Notes: a model not told the origin generated them from the sequence alone. A DNA stretch of 64,000 nt from Chloroflexia bacterium (GCA_030446765.1 JAUJMR010000001.1:273826-337825), one strand, 5' to 3'; shown: positions 39,985-49,388, counted from the stretch's first letter. A program made the numbers and translations.

Positions 39985-39993
39985 CCGGCACCT
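39985..39993 (+). promoter_or_regulatory. Extended -10 promoter element TGcTATACT
   Basis: TGc plus TATACT at 39985-39993, 68 nt upstream of ATG 40061. No good -35 hexamer. Confidence 0.45.
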
Positions 39994-40060
39994 TGGGTAT
40001 GCCACCCGCTGTTACGCTGTCCAGTCTCTCAGTCCGCAGTAGGGCCCGGAGCCAAACCCG

Positions 40061-42484
40061 ATGACCTCGTCAGAACTATATAGCCACCTCCCGGTAAAAC
40101 TCCGCGACAAGCTCATCGCGTGTGGGATAACCGCCACGGAGCACCTCTGCGATCGCACCCTGGAGTCTCTGCTTTCCGTCTGCCGCATCGATCTCAGTGA
40201 AATCGCGGTGCTGGAGAAGCGAATGAGCGAGGCAGGCTTGGCTCTCGCGGCCGGTCCGGTTCGCTATCCCTTCATAAGCCCGCTCCTCGTGTCTGAGGTA
40301 GCGTCCGCAGGGGTGGAGGTCTCAGCGACCAGTATAACGAGCATCGGACTACCGAGCTGGGCAGAGGCTCCCCTGAGGCGCGGTGGCCTGGACACGGTCG
40401 GGCAGCTCGCCGGTGCAAGCACGTTCTACGTGCGCGCCGCCCTGGGTCGTGGCGGTCGACCACACAACATCGTGCGACAGCACGTGGAAGAGCATCTGCT
40501 TCAGCTTGTGCAGGAAGGCCAATCTGCAGTGGACAACGCCAACGGGAGTGCCGGGACGCTGCAGTCCGCATCTCTCAGTGCCCGGACTAGAGGGGCACTC
40601 CGACGCTCCGGTATCTTTACGCTCGCCCAACTCGAACGCATGAGCGAAGCCGACCTCCGGCGCCTGCCCGGTCTTGGACCGAAGTCTTATCAGGAAATCG
40701 CCGCGCTACCGGCATCTAGCGCGCGGCCACCCATCCACGGCGGTGACCTGGCCGTGCAGGCTGAAGCTGTGTCGGTGCGACCCGCAGTGGGGCGTAGATC
40801 TGTGCGGTCACTTGATCTGCCAAACCACCTGATCGCCCGAATGGAGTCGAATGGACTGCGCACGATCGGCGCACTCGTAAAGGCGGGCGACCAACGGCTA
40901 CAAACGATGCCGCGGGTGGGGGATTCGTTGATTCGCCGGATTCGTGCTGAACTGGAGCGATACCTGCTTGCGACGCTCGAGGAGGTTGGCTCAGAGGCGC
41001 CTATCGTTGTCGCAGAAGTAGAAGCAATGGCCCGCGTGGCCTCCCTCGATCAGCGTGTAGCGAGCCTGATTCATCTGCTGCGGAACAGGCGGCTGATCCG
41101 TATACTGAGCGAGCGCTCCGGTCTTGGTGGCCGCGTCCAGACCCTTGAGGAGATCGGTAAGGAACTTGCCATATCTCGCGAACGGGTGCGTCAGCTTGAA
41201 GCAGCGGCGCTCCTCGAGTTGCGCCGGGAGCATCAGTCCGAGGTATACGCCCTCTCCCGCCCCTTGTATGAGGCAATTGCGGCCGCTGGGGGGGTGGTCG
41301 ACCTTGGCTATCTGACAGCGCAACTACCGGTCCTGTTCCCACTGGAACGCGTAAGCGCGACTGGCGTTACTCGATTGCTGCTCCAACTGATGGAGGAAGT
41401 AAACCAGTCTCCCGGCAGAAACGTTGCACTGAAGAATGCGTCATGCTCGGACATTGATCAGCTTGATGACGCAATGTCGACCTATTTGCGCAAGCGTCTG
41501 GAGCCAGCCTCGATTTCAGACCTGACGGCACATCTGGCGCGAACTGCGGCGTATCCGAGAGTCGTCCAACAATACCCAACATTCTCGCTCGCCGCCCGTG
41601 CGCGGTCGAACTCGCACACAGAGGTCCTGTCAACAGGCGAGGTTACAATCAGGGAGTGGGGCCGCACGCGGCTAAACCAGACGATCCACGTCCTTCGCAC
41701 GCTCAGCCGTCCGTCGCACTTCCGCGACATTGGGGCAGGCGTACGGGACGGCCCCGCCCCCGGTACAGAGGTCTCCTTGCAGTCTATTCACAACTTATTG
41801 CTCTCGGAGGCTGTTTTCGTGCGCGTAGGTCGCGGCATCTTTGGACTGGCGGAGTGGCAAGACGCACCCTGGGAGGTCGTAGCCGAACTCGTGTCGACAC
41901 TCGCCGCGTCCGAGGGACCAATGCACCTCAGCGAGATTGCCAGGGCACTCAAGCTGGACGAGCGGACGGTGGAGCGGTACCTGTTGATTCGGCCAGAGTT
42001 CTCGCCCACTGGTCATGGCTACTACAAGCTGGCTGGACGGACCCACAAGCGCAACATGGTGCCCGCCAGAGGTCGAGTTACCGAGGTGTTGCCCGTCGAT
42101 AGCGCGTTCCCAGGCCGTTCGGCGCGAGTTCGCATCACGCACTCTTCACTCCGCAGTGGCACGATCGCGCTCAGTGCCGCCTTGTGCACCCTATTCCCGG
42201 AGGAGGGCGATGTTCAGGTAGCATGGCCGGGATCGCCTGAAACGCATCAGCTGCGGAAGCTGCACCGAGGTCAATCACATCTGTCCGGGCTAGGGCGATT
42301 CCTCCATACGTCTCGAGTTCAGGCCGGTGACTACCTGTACATCCATTACTGTCTCAGTACAGAGCCAGAGACCAAGTCTATGTACCTTCTGTACACGGAG
42401 ATGCAGTGGCAAACCCGACACACGAGGCACTCCGACACTGACTCACTCAAAAGCGTGCTCGGAGAACAGCATCAGGGCCCATAA
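40061..42484 (+). CDS. Large multi-domain DNA-binding protein: four RpoA alpha-CTD-like HhH modules, sigma-70 region 4, two HARE-HTH-like winged helices, and a C-terminal beta-rich domain
   Basis: LSARTRGALRRSGIFTLAQLERMSEADLRRLPGLGPKSYQEI and three weaker copies resemble alpha-CTD. LEEIGKELAISRERVRQLEAAALLELR is a sigma region 4.2 signature. SIHNLLLSEAVFVRVGRGIFGLAEW is HARE-HTH-like. Confidence 0.7.
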   Translation: MTSSELYSHLPVKLRDKLIACGITATEHLCDRTLESLLSVCRIDLSEIAVLEKRMSEAGLALAAGPVRYPFISPLLVSEVASAGVEVSATSITSIGLPSWAEAPLRRGGLDTVGQLAGASTFYVRAALGRGGRPHNIVRQHVEEHLLQLVQEGQSAVDNANGSAGTLQSASLSARTRGALRRSGIFTLAQLERMSEADLRRLPGLGPKSYQEIAALPASSARPPIHGGDLAVQAEAVSVRPAVGRRSVRSLDLPNHLIARMESNGLRTIGALVKAGDQRLQTMPRVGDSLIRRIRAELERYLLATLEEVGSEAPIVVAEVEAMARVASLDQRVASLIHLLRNRRLIRILSERSGLGGRVQTLEEIGKELAISRERVRQLEAAALLELRREHQSEVYALSRPLYEAIAAAGGVVDLGYLTAQLPVLFPLERVSATGVTRLLLQLMEEVNQSPGRNVALKNASCSDIDQLDDAMSTYLRKRLEPASISDLTAHLARTAAYPRVVQQYPTFSLAARARSNSHTEVLSTGEVTIREWGRTRLNQTIHVLRTLSRPSHFRDIGAGVRDGPAPGTEVSLQSIHNLLLSEAVFVRVGRGIFGLAEWQDAPWEVVAELVSTLAASEGPMHLSEIARALKLDERTVERYLLIRPEFSPTGHGYYKLAGRTHKRNMVPARGRVTEVLPVDSAFPGRSARVRITHSSLRSGTIALSAALCTLFPEEGDVQVAWPGSPETHQLRKLHRGQSHLSGLGRFLHTSRVQAGDYLYIHYCLSTEPETKSMYLLYTEMQWQTRHTRHSDTDSLKSVLGEQHQGP

Positions 42485-42575
42485 GGCAACGGGAGTCGGA
42501 GCATCGGATAGGGTGGGTGTCGCCTATATCGGGTTACGGATGACTGCCGGGTTTGTGTAGCTTTTGGGATATGTT

Positions 42576-43283
42576 TTAGCTGCGACGATCAGGAGCCGTC
42601 GACTCCCGATGTAGTGCTTCCGCGTCGGACACCCACAACCGTCCCTCACTTCGACGGATCACTCCCTGGAACTCTAGCCACGCCAAATTTATGACCACGC
42701 TCTCGCGCGAAACGCCCGCGAGAACGCCCATCTCGCGGGCATCAGGCGCGCCTGGCAACAGCGTTTCATCTCCATCGCTCACACCGCGTTCTGCAACGAT
42801 CCTTAAGAGCAGGGCGGCGAGACGTGACAACGGCTGTGCCTGCGCACCGAGCTCGAGCGCCCAGTGCTGCGCCTCGACCGCCGCCGCTAGCCCTTCGAGC
42901 AGCGCCCGCGCGTACGGCCAGTCGTGCCGCCCTGCTTCTACGAGTTGAGCGTACGAAACCGTGAGCACCTCACCTGGGCCCGCTGCTGTGAACAGAACCG
43001 CTCGATCGGTCACTTGCCGGCGTATCGGCATGAGCAGCGTGCCCTCTCCGAGCGTACCAAGGCGCGGTGGCCGGCGGCCAACTGCGTTCTCCATCACGTG
43101 GACCTTGCCTTGCTGCACGATCGTCGGCTCGTGCACGGACATAACCTCACCATCCCCGAACAGGCGGCGCTGACCGTCGACAAGTCTTGGCCGGGCGGTT
43201 TCCGGCACGCGCATCGTCCAATAGCCTGCGAGCGTCAGCGCGTATCGCAGCGCACCCATACGCCATTCGGGATCACCAGCCAT
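42576..43283 (-). CDS. Crp/Fnr-family transcriptional regulator
   Basis: cNMP-binding-like beta-roll followed by PLSRLAALLL..., and a C-terminal HTH (REMGVLAGVSRESVVINLAWLEFQGVI). Confidence 0.7.
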   Translation of the reverse strand: MAGDPEWRMGALRYALTLAGYWTMRVPETARPRLVDGQRRLFGDGEVMSVHEPTIVQQGKVHVMENAVGRRPPRLGTLGEGTLLMPIRRQVTDRAVLFTAAGPGEVLTVSYAQLVEAGRHDWPYARALLEGLAAAVEAQHWALELGAQAQPLSRLAALLLRIVAERGVSDGDETLLPGAPDAREMGVLAGVSRESVVINLAWLEFQGVIRRSEGRLWVSDAEALHRESTAPDRRS

Positions 43284-43340
43284 ACGTCTGCACCAACACG
43301 AAACTGCGGGTGTGGCAGGTTCTATCCACCACCGTTGCGC

Positions 43341-45656
43341 TCAGCGGCGTCCATCGGGGGCAGTCAGAGTCGTGAGCCGCTCCTGCAGATAGCCGTATTC
43401 ATCGATAATTGGCGCGGAACGCCGCTCGTCGAGAAACAGATCAGGGTCGGTAAGCAACCGCTCGACCTCGGTCAGGCGGGCACGCACCCGATCTGCCTCT
43501 TGCGGATCTGGTGCTGTCCACGCGGGAGGGCCGCTCTTCTGCGCCTGATGGTTACGCACTCGAGGTGGATCCGAAGCGGGAGACGCAGCAAGCGCCTCGT
43601 ACACCTGGGCGTACTCATCCATTAGGCCTTTGGCCACGCCCTCATCGGCGTAGACGTCAGGGTTCTCGAGCAGACGTTCAAGCTCGTGCAAGCGCTCCAG
43701 GAGCCGCTGCCGCTCGGTCGTGCTGTCTTCCCGGTCCGGCGACGGTTGTGGGGCAAGTTCTTCCAGTGTACCGGCGTGCCTTTCCCATCGGTCGTTCAGT
43801 TCCTCAACGCGTCCCTGTAGCTCACCGTACTCAGCCAGCATCGCGCTGTATCGCTCCTGATCCGAATACAGGTCGGGCTCCGCGAGCACTTCCTGCACTT
43901 CCGCCAGGCGGACCTCCGTGCGAGTGATCTCGGCTTCGAGCGCCGCCACATCGTTCCGTAGTTGGCGTATGTGTCCATCGCTTCCGCGCGGTGGCCGTTT
44001 CCGTCCGCCGCTCTCGGACCTGGCTGGCGCGGGCTCGGGAGCTGCGGCGTACGTGCCCAGCTTCCGCTCCCGGTACTCTGAGTAGTTACCCGGGTACAGC
44101 GTCGCCTTGCCGTTCTCGATCTCAAGCGTCTTGTTCGCCACCCGGTCCAGGAAGTACCGGTCGTGCGAGATGACGATGCTCGTCCCTTCGTAATCGCGAA
44201 TCGCCGACTCCAATACATCACGCGTGCCAATGTCGAGGTGATTCGTCGGTTCGTCGAGCAGCAGCGTGTTCGCAGGTTCCAGCAGCATTTTCACGAGAGC
44301 AACCCGACTACGTTCTCCGCCACTCAACACCTCGATGGGCTTATGCGCATCTTCGCCGGTGAAGAGAAACCGACCCAGAAGGGTGCGCACATCCGTAACC
44401 GTCCAGCCGCGCGGAGCGGCCCGAAGCACCTCGTCGTACACGGTGTGGCCGCTCTCCAGCAGCTCCGCCTGGTGCTGGTCGAAATACGACCTCCGCACGT
44501 TGTGCCCGACGGTCACACTTCCCGATGTCGGAGGATCGATGCCCGCCAGTATCCGGAGCAGGGTGCTCTTACCGCTGCCGTTCGGACCAACAACAGCTAC
44601 CTTGTCGCCTCGCTCAATGACGAGATCCACGCCGCGAAGCACCTCCCGCTCGCTATAGGAACGGGCAAGCTTCTTGAGCACGAACGTCTCGCGGCCGCTC
44701 GCACCGGCAAACACGAAGCGAAACTTGACGCGCTGTAGATCCGGAGGCGGGGCATCCACGCGTTCGATCTTGGAGATCATCTTCTCTCGGCTCTTTGCCG
44801 CGCTCGCCTTCGTCGCCTTGTAGCGAAAGCGATCGATGAACTGCTGCTGCCGTTCGATGTCGCGCTGTTGCCGCTCGTGGCGATCCTGCTGCTGCCCGCG
44901 CCTGCGCTCCTTCTCCTCGACGTACCAACTGTATGAACCGGGATAGTCCGTGAGGGTGCCGCGCTCGAGTTCCAGAGTGCGCCTGGTAACGCGCTGCAAG
45001 AAGTAGCGATCGTGTGATACTAGCACCAACGCACCGCTGTACTTGCCGAGATACTCCTCCAGCCACTCCGTGGTCGCCAGGTCAAGGTGGTTGGTCGGCT
45101 CATCCAGCAACAGCAAATCCGGTTTCTTGAGTAGCGTCTTGCCGAGAGCGATACGGCTCTGCCATCCGCCGCTGAACTGTGACACTGCGCGACCGGTGTC
45201 GTTGGGTGTAAACCCTAGACCGTGCAAGACGGTGCCAACCTCACGCTCGATCGTGTATCCACCAAGACGATCGAATTCGGCTTGGAGTTGGGCATACTCG
45301 TCGAGAACCGCCTGTAGATCATCGCCCGAGAGGCCGCTCATACGCCGCTCAAGGGCGCGCTGACGCTCCTCGTTCTCGAGCACTGTCGCGAACACCGACA
45401 ACATCTCGTCGTGCAGCGTCCGCTGGCCGGTCACCAGGGAATCTTGGGGAAGATACGCCACCGATCGAGACGCGATGACGTTCACACTGCCGGACGCCGG
45501 TGTCTGCAGCCCCGCTAGTACCTTGAGGAGCGAGCTCTTTCCAGAGCCATTCGCCCCCACGAGCGCGATTCGTTCGCCGGGGCTGACATGAAACGTAATG
45601 CCAGTAAAGAGCGTCTCGCCCTCATAAGATACGTGAATGTTCGTCGCTTGTAGCAT
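43341..45656 (-). CDS. ABC-F family ATPase (Uup/EttA class) with a triplicated C-terminal coiled-coil module
   Basis: Two NBDs (GANGSGKSS and GPNGSGKST Walker A, two LSGG signatures). ATG 45656. The track ORF extends to 45809. The C-terminus has three copies of L..VE.LL.(E/D)PD(L/V)(Y/F).D......(L/I).EY..L. Confidence 0.9.
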   Translation of the reverse strand: MLQATNIHVSYEGETLFTGITFHVSPGERIALVGANGSGKSSLLKVLAGLQTPASGSVNVIASRSVAYLPQDSLVTGQRTLHDEMLSVFATVLENEERQRALERRMSGLSGDDLQAVLDEYAQLQAEFDRLGGYTIEREVGTVLHGLGFTPNDTGRAVSQFSGGWQSRIALGKTLLKKPDLLLLDEPTNHLDLATTEWLEEYLGKYSGALVLVSHDRYFLQRVTRRTLELERGTLTDYPGSYSWYVEEKERRRGQQQDRHERQQRDIERQQQFIDRFRYKATKASAAKSREKMISKIERVDAPPPDLQRVKFRFVFAGASGRETFVLKKLARSYSEREVLRGVDLVIERGDKVAVVGPNGSGKSTLLRILAGIDPPTSGSVTVGHNVRRSYFDQHQAELLESGHTVYDEVLRAAPRGWTVTDVRTLLGRFLFTGEDAHKPIEVLSGGERSRVALVKMLLEPANTLLLDEPTNHLDIGTRDVLESAIRDYEGTSIVISHDRYFLDRVANKTLEIENGKATLYPGNYSEYRERKLGTYAAAPEPAPARSESGGRKRPPRGSDGHIRQLRNDVAALEAEITRTEVRLAEVQEVLAEPDLYSDQERYSAMLAEYGELQGRVEELNDRWERHAGTLEELAPQPSPDREDSTTERQRLLERLHELERLLENPDVYADEGVAKGLMDEYAQVYEALAASPASDPPRVRNHQAQKSGPPAWTAPDPQEADRVRARLTEVERLLTDPDLFLDERRSAPIIDEYGYLQERLTTLTAPDGRR

Positions 45657-45904
45657 GGGCGCTTTCCTGAAGGTGCTTGTGCGCACCTCACTTGTATCGA
45701 TTGGTTTTATCGCGTCCCCATCCTGATCGAGCGGGAACACCAGTGTGGTTGGAATGGCTGTCGGATCAATGCGGCACGACGGCAGATGCTCATATACGCG
45801 GTCGGGCACTGATTGCCAGCACCCAACGACGTCATACGCTTATGTTCCAACACAAGTACCGGTGTCTGCCGCGGAACGCACAACGGTTAGGAGGGGCGTA
45901 TGGC

Positions 45905-47263
45905 CTATCGAGTCCGCAGTGAGTTGGTCTCACGAGTGCCAGCAAGACCAAACGCCCAGTCCAACAGCACCCCTAGCTGGTTCTTTACGCCAGTAAGTTT
46001 GTAGAAGTACACAGCGCGCCACATAAACCAACCAAGCAGACCGGTGACTTTCACCTTGCCAAAGAGCTCAACCACCGCATTGTTGCGGCCCAGCGCTACT
46101 AGTTGACCCTCGCGCCGATACTTCAGCGGCTCGAGCGGCTCGCCACGCAGCGCGTGCAGCACGTTCTTCCCGGCCGTCTTTCCCGCGGCGATAGCGATCG
46201 GCGCATTCGCCGGGAGTGGACGCTCCTCGCCGGCCATAATGTATGCGGCCGAGTCGCCAATGACAAAAATGTACTCGTGTCCCTCCACCTGGAGACAGTC
46301 GTTGACCGACACCCGGCCGTCGCGACCCTTCTGTCCCGGCAGGTCTCCGATAAGGGCGTTCGCGCGCACGCCTGCAGTCCAAATGACCGTCGCGCTCGGG
46401 ATGAGCTCGCCATCGGCCGTGTACACCCCTTCCGGCTCGACGCGGTTCACAGGCGTATTCAGCCGAATCTCGACGCCCTTCTCGCGCATCGTCTTCGTGG
46501 CGCTCTCTACCAGCGAATCGTCAAAGCCCGTCATCACCCGACCCACTGCCTCCACGAGCATCACCCGAATCTCCTCCGGGCGGATCGTCGGGTAATCCTT
46601 GAGCAACACCGTCATCAACAGATCCCGCAGCGAAGATCCGAGCTCGACGCCAGTATAACCAGCACCGACGATCACGAACGTCAGGAGCGCACGTCGGGCC
46701 TCCGGGTCCTGCTCCACATCCGCCCGCTCGAGCGCGTCGAGCACCCGGTTCCGGATGCCGATGCCATCGCCAAGCGTCTTGAGGGTGAGCGAGTGCTCCT
46801 GCACCGCATCAATGCCGAAGAAGTTTGTCGTCGATCCAAGAGCGACGATCAGGTAATGGTACGGAATCGGCCCGTCGTCGGTGTGGACCTGACGATTCTC
46901 GACGTCGATGCGCTCGACAGTGCTCTCCTGAAACCGGAAGCCTTTGTTCCGGGCGACGTAGCGTATGGGATGCGCCACGTTGTCGGGCGTCACACCACCA
47001 GTCGCCACCTGGTACAGAATTGGAGTGAACAAGTGAAAGTTCTGCCGATCTACGAGCAGGACGTCCAGGTCCTCACCATCCTTCTGGGTCGCGAGCGTCC
47101 CTGCGGCGCTCATACCACCAAAGCCCGCGCCGAGCACTACGACCCGCTTCGCGTTAGGAGAGACCAGCGCCGGAACAGCCGTGCGTGAGCTTCTCATGCG
47201 CGCAACTACACCCGCAGCCCCGAGAGCACTCAGGACACCTACTCCGACCAATGCGTTCTTCAT
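45905..47263 (-). CDS. ndh: Type II NADH dehydrogenase (NDH-2), FAD/NAD(P)-binding oxidoreductase
   Basis: KRVVVLGAGFGGMSAA and IVGAGYTGVE dinucleotide folds, plus VIGDSA. ATG 47263 after GGAGGAG. Confidence 0.85.
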   Translation of the reverse strand: MKNALVGVGVLSALGAAGVVARMRSSRTAVPALVSPNAKRVVVLGAGFGGMSAAGTLATQKDGEDLDVLLVDRQNFHLFTPILYQVATGGVTPDNVAHPIRYVARNKGFRFQESTVERIDVENRQVHTDDGPIPYHYLIVALGSTTNFFGIDAVQEHSLTLKTLGDGIGIRNRVLDALERADVEQDPEARRALLTFVIVGAGYTGVELGSSLRDLLMTVLLKDYPTIRPEEIRVMLVEAVGRVMTGFDDSLVESATKTMREKGVEIRLNTPVNRVEPEGVYTADGELIPSATVIWTAGVRANALIGDLPGQKGRDGRVSVNDCLQVEGHEYIFVIGDSAAYIMAGEERPLPANAPIAIAAGKTAGKNVLHALRGEPLEPLKYRREGQLVALGRNNAVVELFGKVKVTGLLGWFMWRAVYFYKLTGVKNQLGVLLDWAFGLAGTRETNSLRTR

Positions 47264-47474
47264 TCTCTCCTCCGAAGGGCGCCGCAGCGAACTCTCAAGC
47301 ACTATTAAGGCTGTGCCATCAGGTAATTAGATTGCCAAAGTTTGCCCAATGATATCAGAATACGGCTAACCGCGGTTTGGCATGTGCGCTGATTTCCGAA
47401 CCGATGAGCTGGGTTTCCTGTGCAGCTCACAGGAGCCGACCGGAGCATCCACCGTATGCTAAACTCTTACCACC

Positions 47475-48923
47475 GTGAGGACCAACACCGCTTACATCGG
47501 CCTCGGCTCCAACCTCGGAGATAGACACGCCAACATTACCGAAGCGATTCAGCAGTTGCGATCGGCCATTCGTGTCCATCGGGTCGCATCGCTGTACGAC
47601 ACCGAGCCGGTTGGATACACGGATCAGCCGCGCTTTCTCAACACCGTTGCCATGGGCGAAACGGATCTCGGACCGGCCGACCTGCTCGCATTCCTAAAGC
47701 GCATCGAGCGGAAGATGGGCCGGCAGCCAAGTTTCCCAAATGCACCGCGGCCCATCGACATAGACATCTTGCTGCTAGACGACTTGGTCCTTCGCAGCCC
47801 CGGCCTGGAAATCCCACACCCGCGACTATATGAACGCGGGTTTGTACTCGCTCCGCTCGCCGAACTGGCACCCGACCTCCAGCACCCGACGCTCGGGCGG
47901 ACAGTTGCCGAGTTGCTGGCCGAGACCGACACGCGTGGGGTGCGTGTAGCGCGGCGCGGCCTTGCCATCCAGCTTGCCCGAGACGTGCAGAGCGAGCTGC
48001 CCGATATTCGCGTGGGACTCCAGCGCGTCGGGGTGACCAAACTGCGCAAGAATATCCGGCTCGGTCGCGGCACCAAACTCCACATCCTCTCTGCAGAACT
48101 AAGCCTGTATGCGGACATCGGATCCAACCAGAAGGGAATCCATATGTCGCGCCTAGGCCACGCCCTTGATAGCGTGGCAGCGGAAGCCGTGCGCGATAAT
48201 GCACCCGACGTAGAATCGCTTGCAGGGCTCATCGCTGAGCGCGTCGTTCACAGCCAGGGCGCCAGCCGGAGCGAGGTACACATCCGGGCTGACTTCCCGC
48301 TGCGCAGGTATGCCCCGGTGTCCGGACTGCCGAGCGAAGAGATGTATACGCTGTTAGGAACGGCGGTATGCGGTCGCGACGGCTTGCGGCGAATGGTGGG
48401 CATTGAAGCAGAAGGAATGACGGCGTGTCCGTGTGCGCAGGATATGATCAGGCAGCACTCCCGCGAACAGTTGCAACAGGCGGGGTTCGACGACGAACAG
48501 GCGGAGCGCGCCCTCGCGGCTATACCCACCGCGGCACATAACCAGCGAAGCCGTGCGAGACTCCAACTGGGCACCGACTCCAAGGTGCGCGCGGAGGATC
48601 TCGTAGAGATCGCCGAATCGGCAATGAGCTCGGAGAATTACGCCATGCTTAAGCGTCCAGACGAGTTTTTCGTCGTGCAAAAGGCCCATCGGCGGCCTCG
48701 GTTCGTGGAGGACGTGGCCCGTGAAATGCTCCGCGCCACGGTGAACACGTACGGGGAACTTGCTGATAGTGACTTCGTCTTCGCCAGCGTTCGCAGTTTC
48801 GAGAGCATCCACAAGCACGACGCCTACGCGGAGGGTGCGGGCACGCTCGGGGAGTTACGGGCTCAGATCCTGCACGGCAGCGCGCCAACGGAGAGCACCA
48901 CGCTGAAATCATGGCTGCGGTAG
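47475..48923 (+). CDS. Fusion protein: HPPK (FolK) N-terminal domain plus GTP cyclohydrolase I type 2 (FolE2/MptA family) C-terminal domain
   Basis: Residues 1 to about 160: YIGLGSNLGDR...DTEPVGY.DQP.FLN...RPIDIDILL...HPRL.ER.FVL.PL (HPPK). Residues about 175 to 482: VGLQRVGVTKLRKNIRL...QKGIHMSRL...EGMTACPCAQ...AHNQRS (FolE2). One uninterrupted frame. Confidence 0.8.
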   Translation: MRTNTAYIGLGSNLGDRHANITEAIQQLRSAIRVHRVASLYDTEPVGYTDQPRFLNTVAMGETDLGPADLLAFLKRIERKMGRQPSFPNAPRPIDIDILLLDDLVLRSPGLEIPHPRLYERGFVLAPLAELAPDLQHPTLGRTVAELLAETDTRGVRVARRGLAIQLARDVQSELPDIRVGLQRVGVTKLRKNIRLGRGTKLHILSAELSLYADIGSNQKGIHMSRLGHALDSVAAEAVRDNAPDVESLAGLIAERVVHSQGASRSEVHIRADFPLRRYAPVSGLPSEEMYTLLGTAVCGRDGLRRMVGIEAEGMTACPCAQDMIRQHSREQLQQAGFDDEQAERALAAIPTAAHNQRSRARLQLGTDSKVRAEDLVEIAESAMSSENYAMLKRPDEFFVVQKAHRRPRFVEDVAREMLRATVNTYGELADSDFVFASVRSFESIHKHDAYAEGAGTLGELRAQILHGSAPTESTTLKSWLR

Positions 48924-48944
48924 ATCAAACGGGGGGTCGCGCTC

Positions 48945-49127
48945 GTGAAGTCCGGCTTTATTAGCGACGAACAAGCCAGAAAAGCGTTGGAACGCGCCCA
49001 TGCTGAGGGTCGCGCGCAACTCTCCCCCGAGGAAGTGGAGGGGATGCGCGCCGAGGAGAAGCGGCAAGCCAGTCCGTGGAACCGAATCCGCCGCCTGTTC
49101 CCCCGCTCCCCACGCTACAACACCTAA
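48945..49127 (+). CDS. Small hypothetical protein
   Basis: 60-aa ORF. GTG start about 10 nt after a GGGGGG stretch. Charged, helical-looking sequence with no recognised family. Confidence 0.3.
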   Translation: MKSGFISDEQARKALERAHAEGRAQLSPEEVEGMRAEEKRQASPWNRIRRLFPRSPRYNT

Positions 49128-49197
49128 CCCGCCAGTCCACTGCCAACTGCTGGTCCGTTTTGACCATTTCGGTCTCTTTCCACTCTTATTCAACTAG

Positions 49198-49216
49198 TTG
49201 CAAGTTCTTGCAAGTT
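49198..49216. repeat. Tandem TTGCAAGTT x2 (10-nt period) in an AT-rich patch upstream of cysI
   Basis: TTGCAAGTT at 49198-49206 and 49208-49216. Each contains the TTGCAA palindrome. About 175 nt upstream of ATG 49389. Confidence 0.7.
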
Positions 49217-49388
49217 GATAACCACTCTCATTATCGCCGTTTTCTTGCGGTATTCGCGCTTCTGCCTGGTACCCTGTACCCCAAGGCGACGAGTTGTAAT
49301 GGTTATTGCTAGTTCTCGCAGGTGAGTAGCATGACTGAGGAGTCGTTCGACCGAGCGGTCTCCAGCCAGCACACAGCATTGAGATTGG

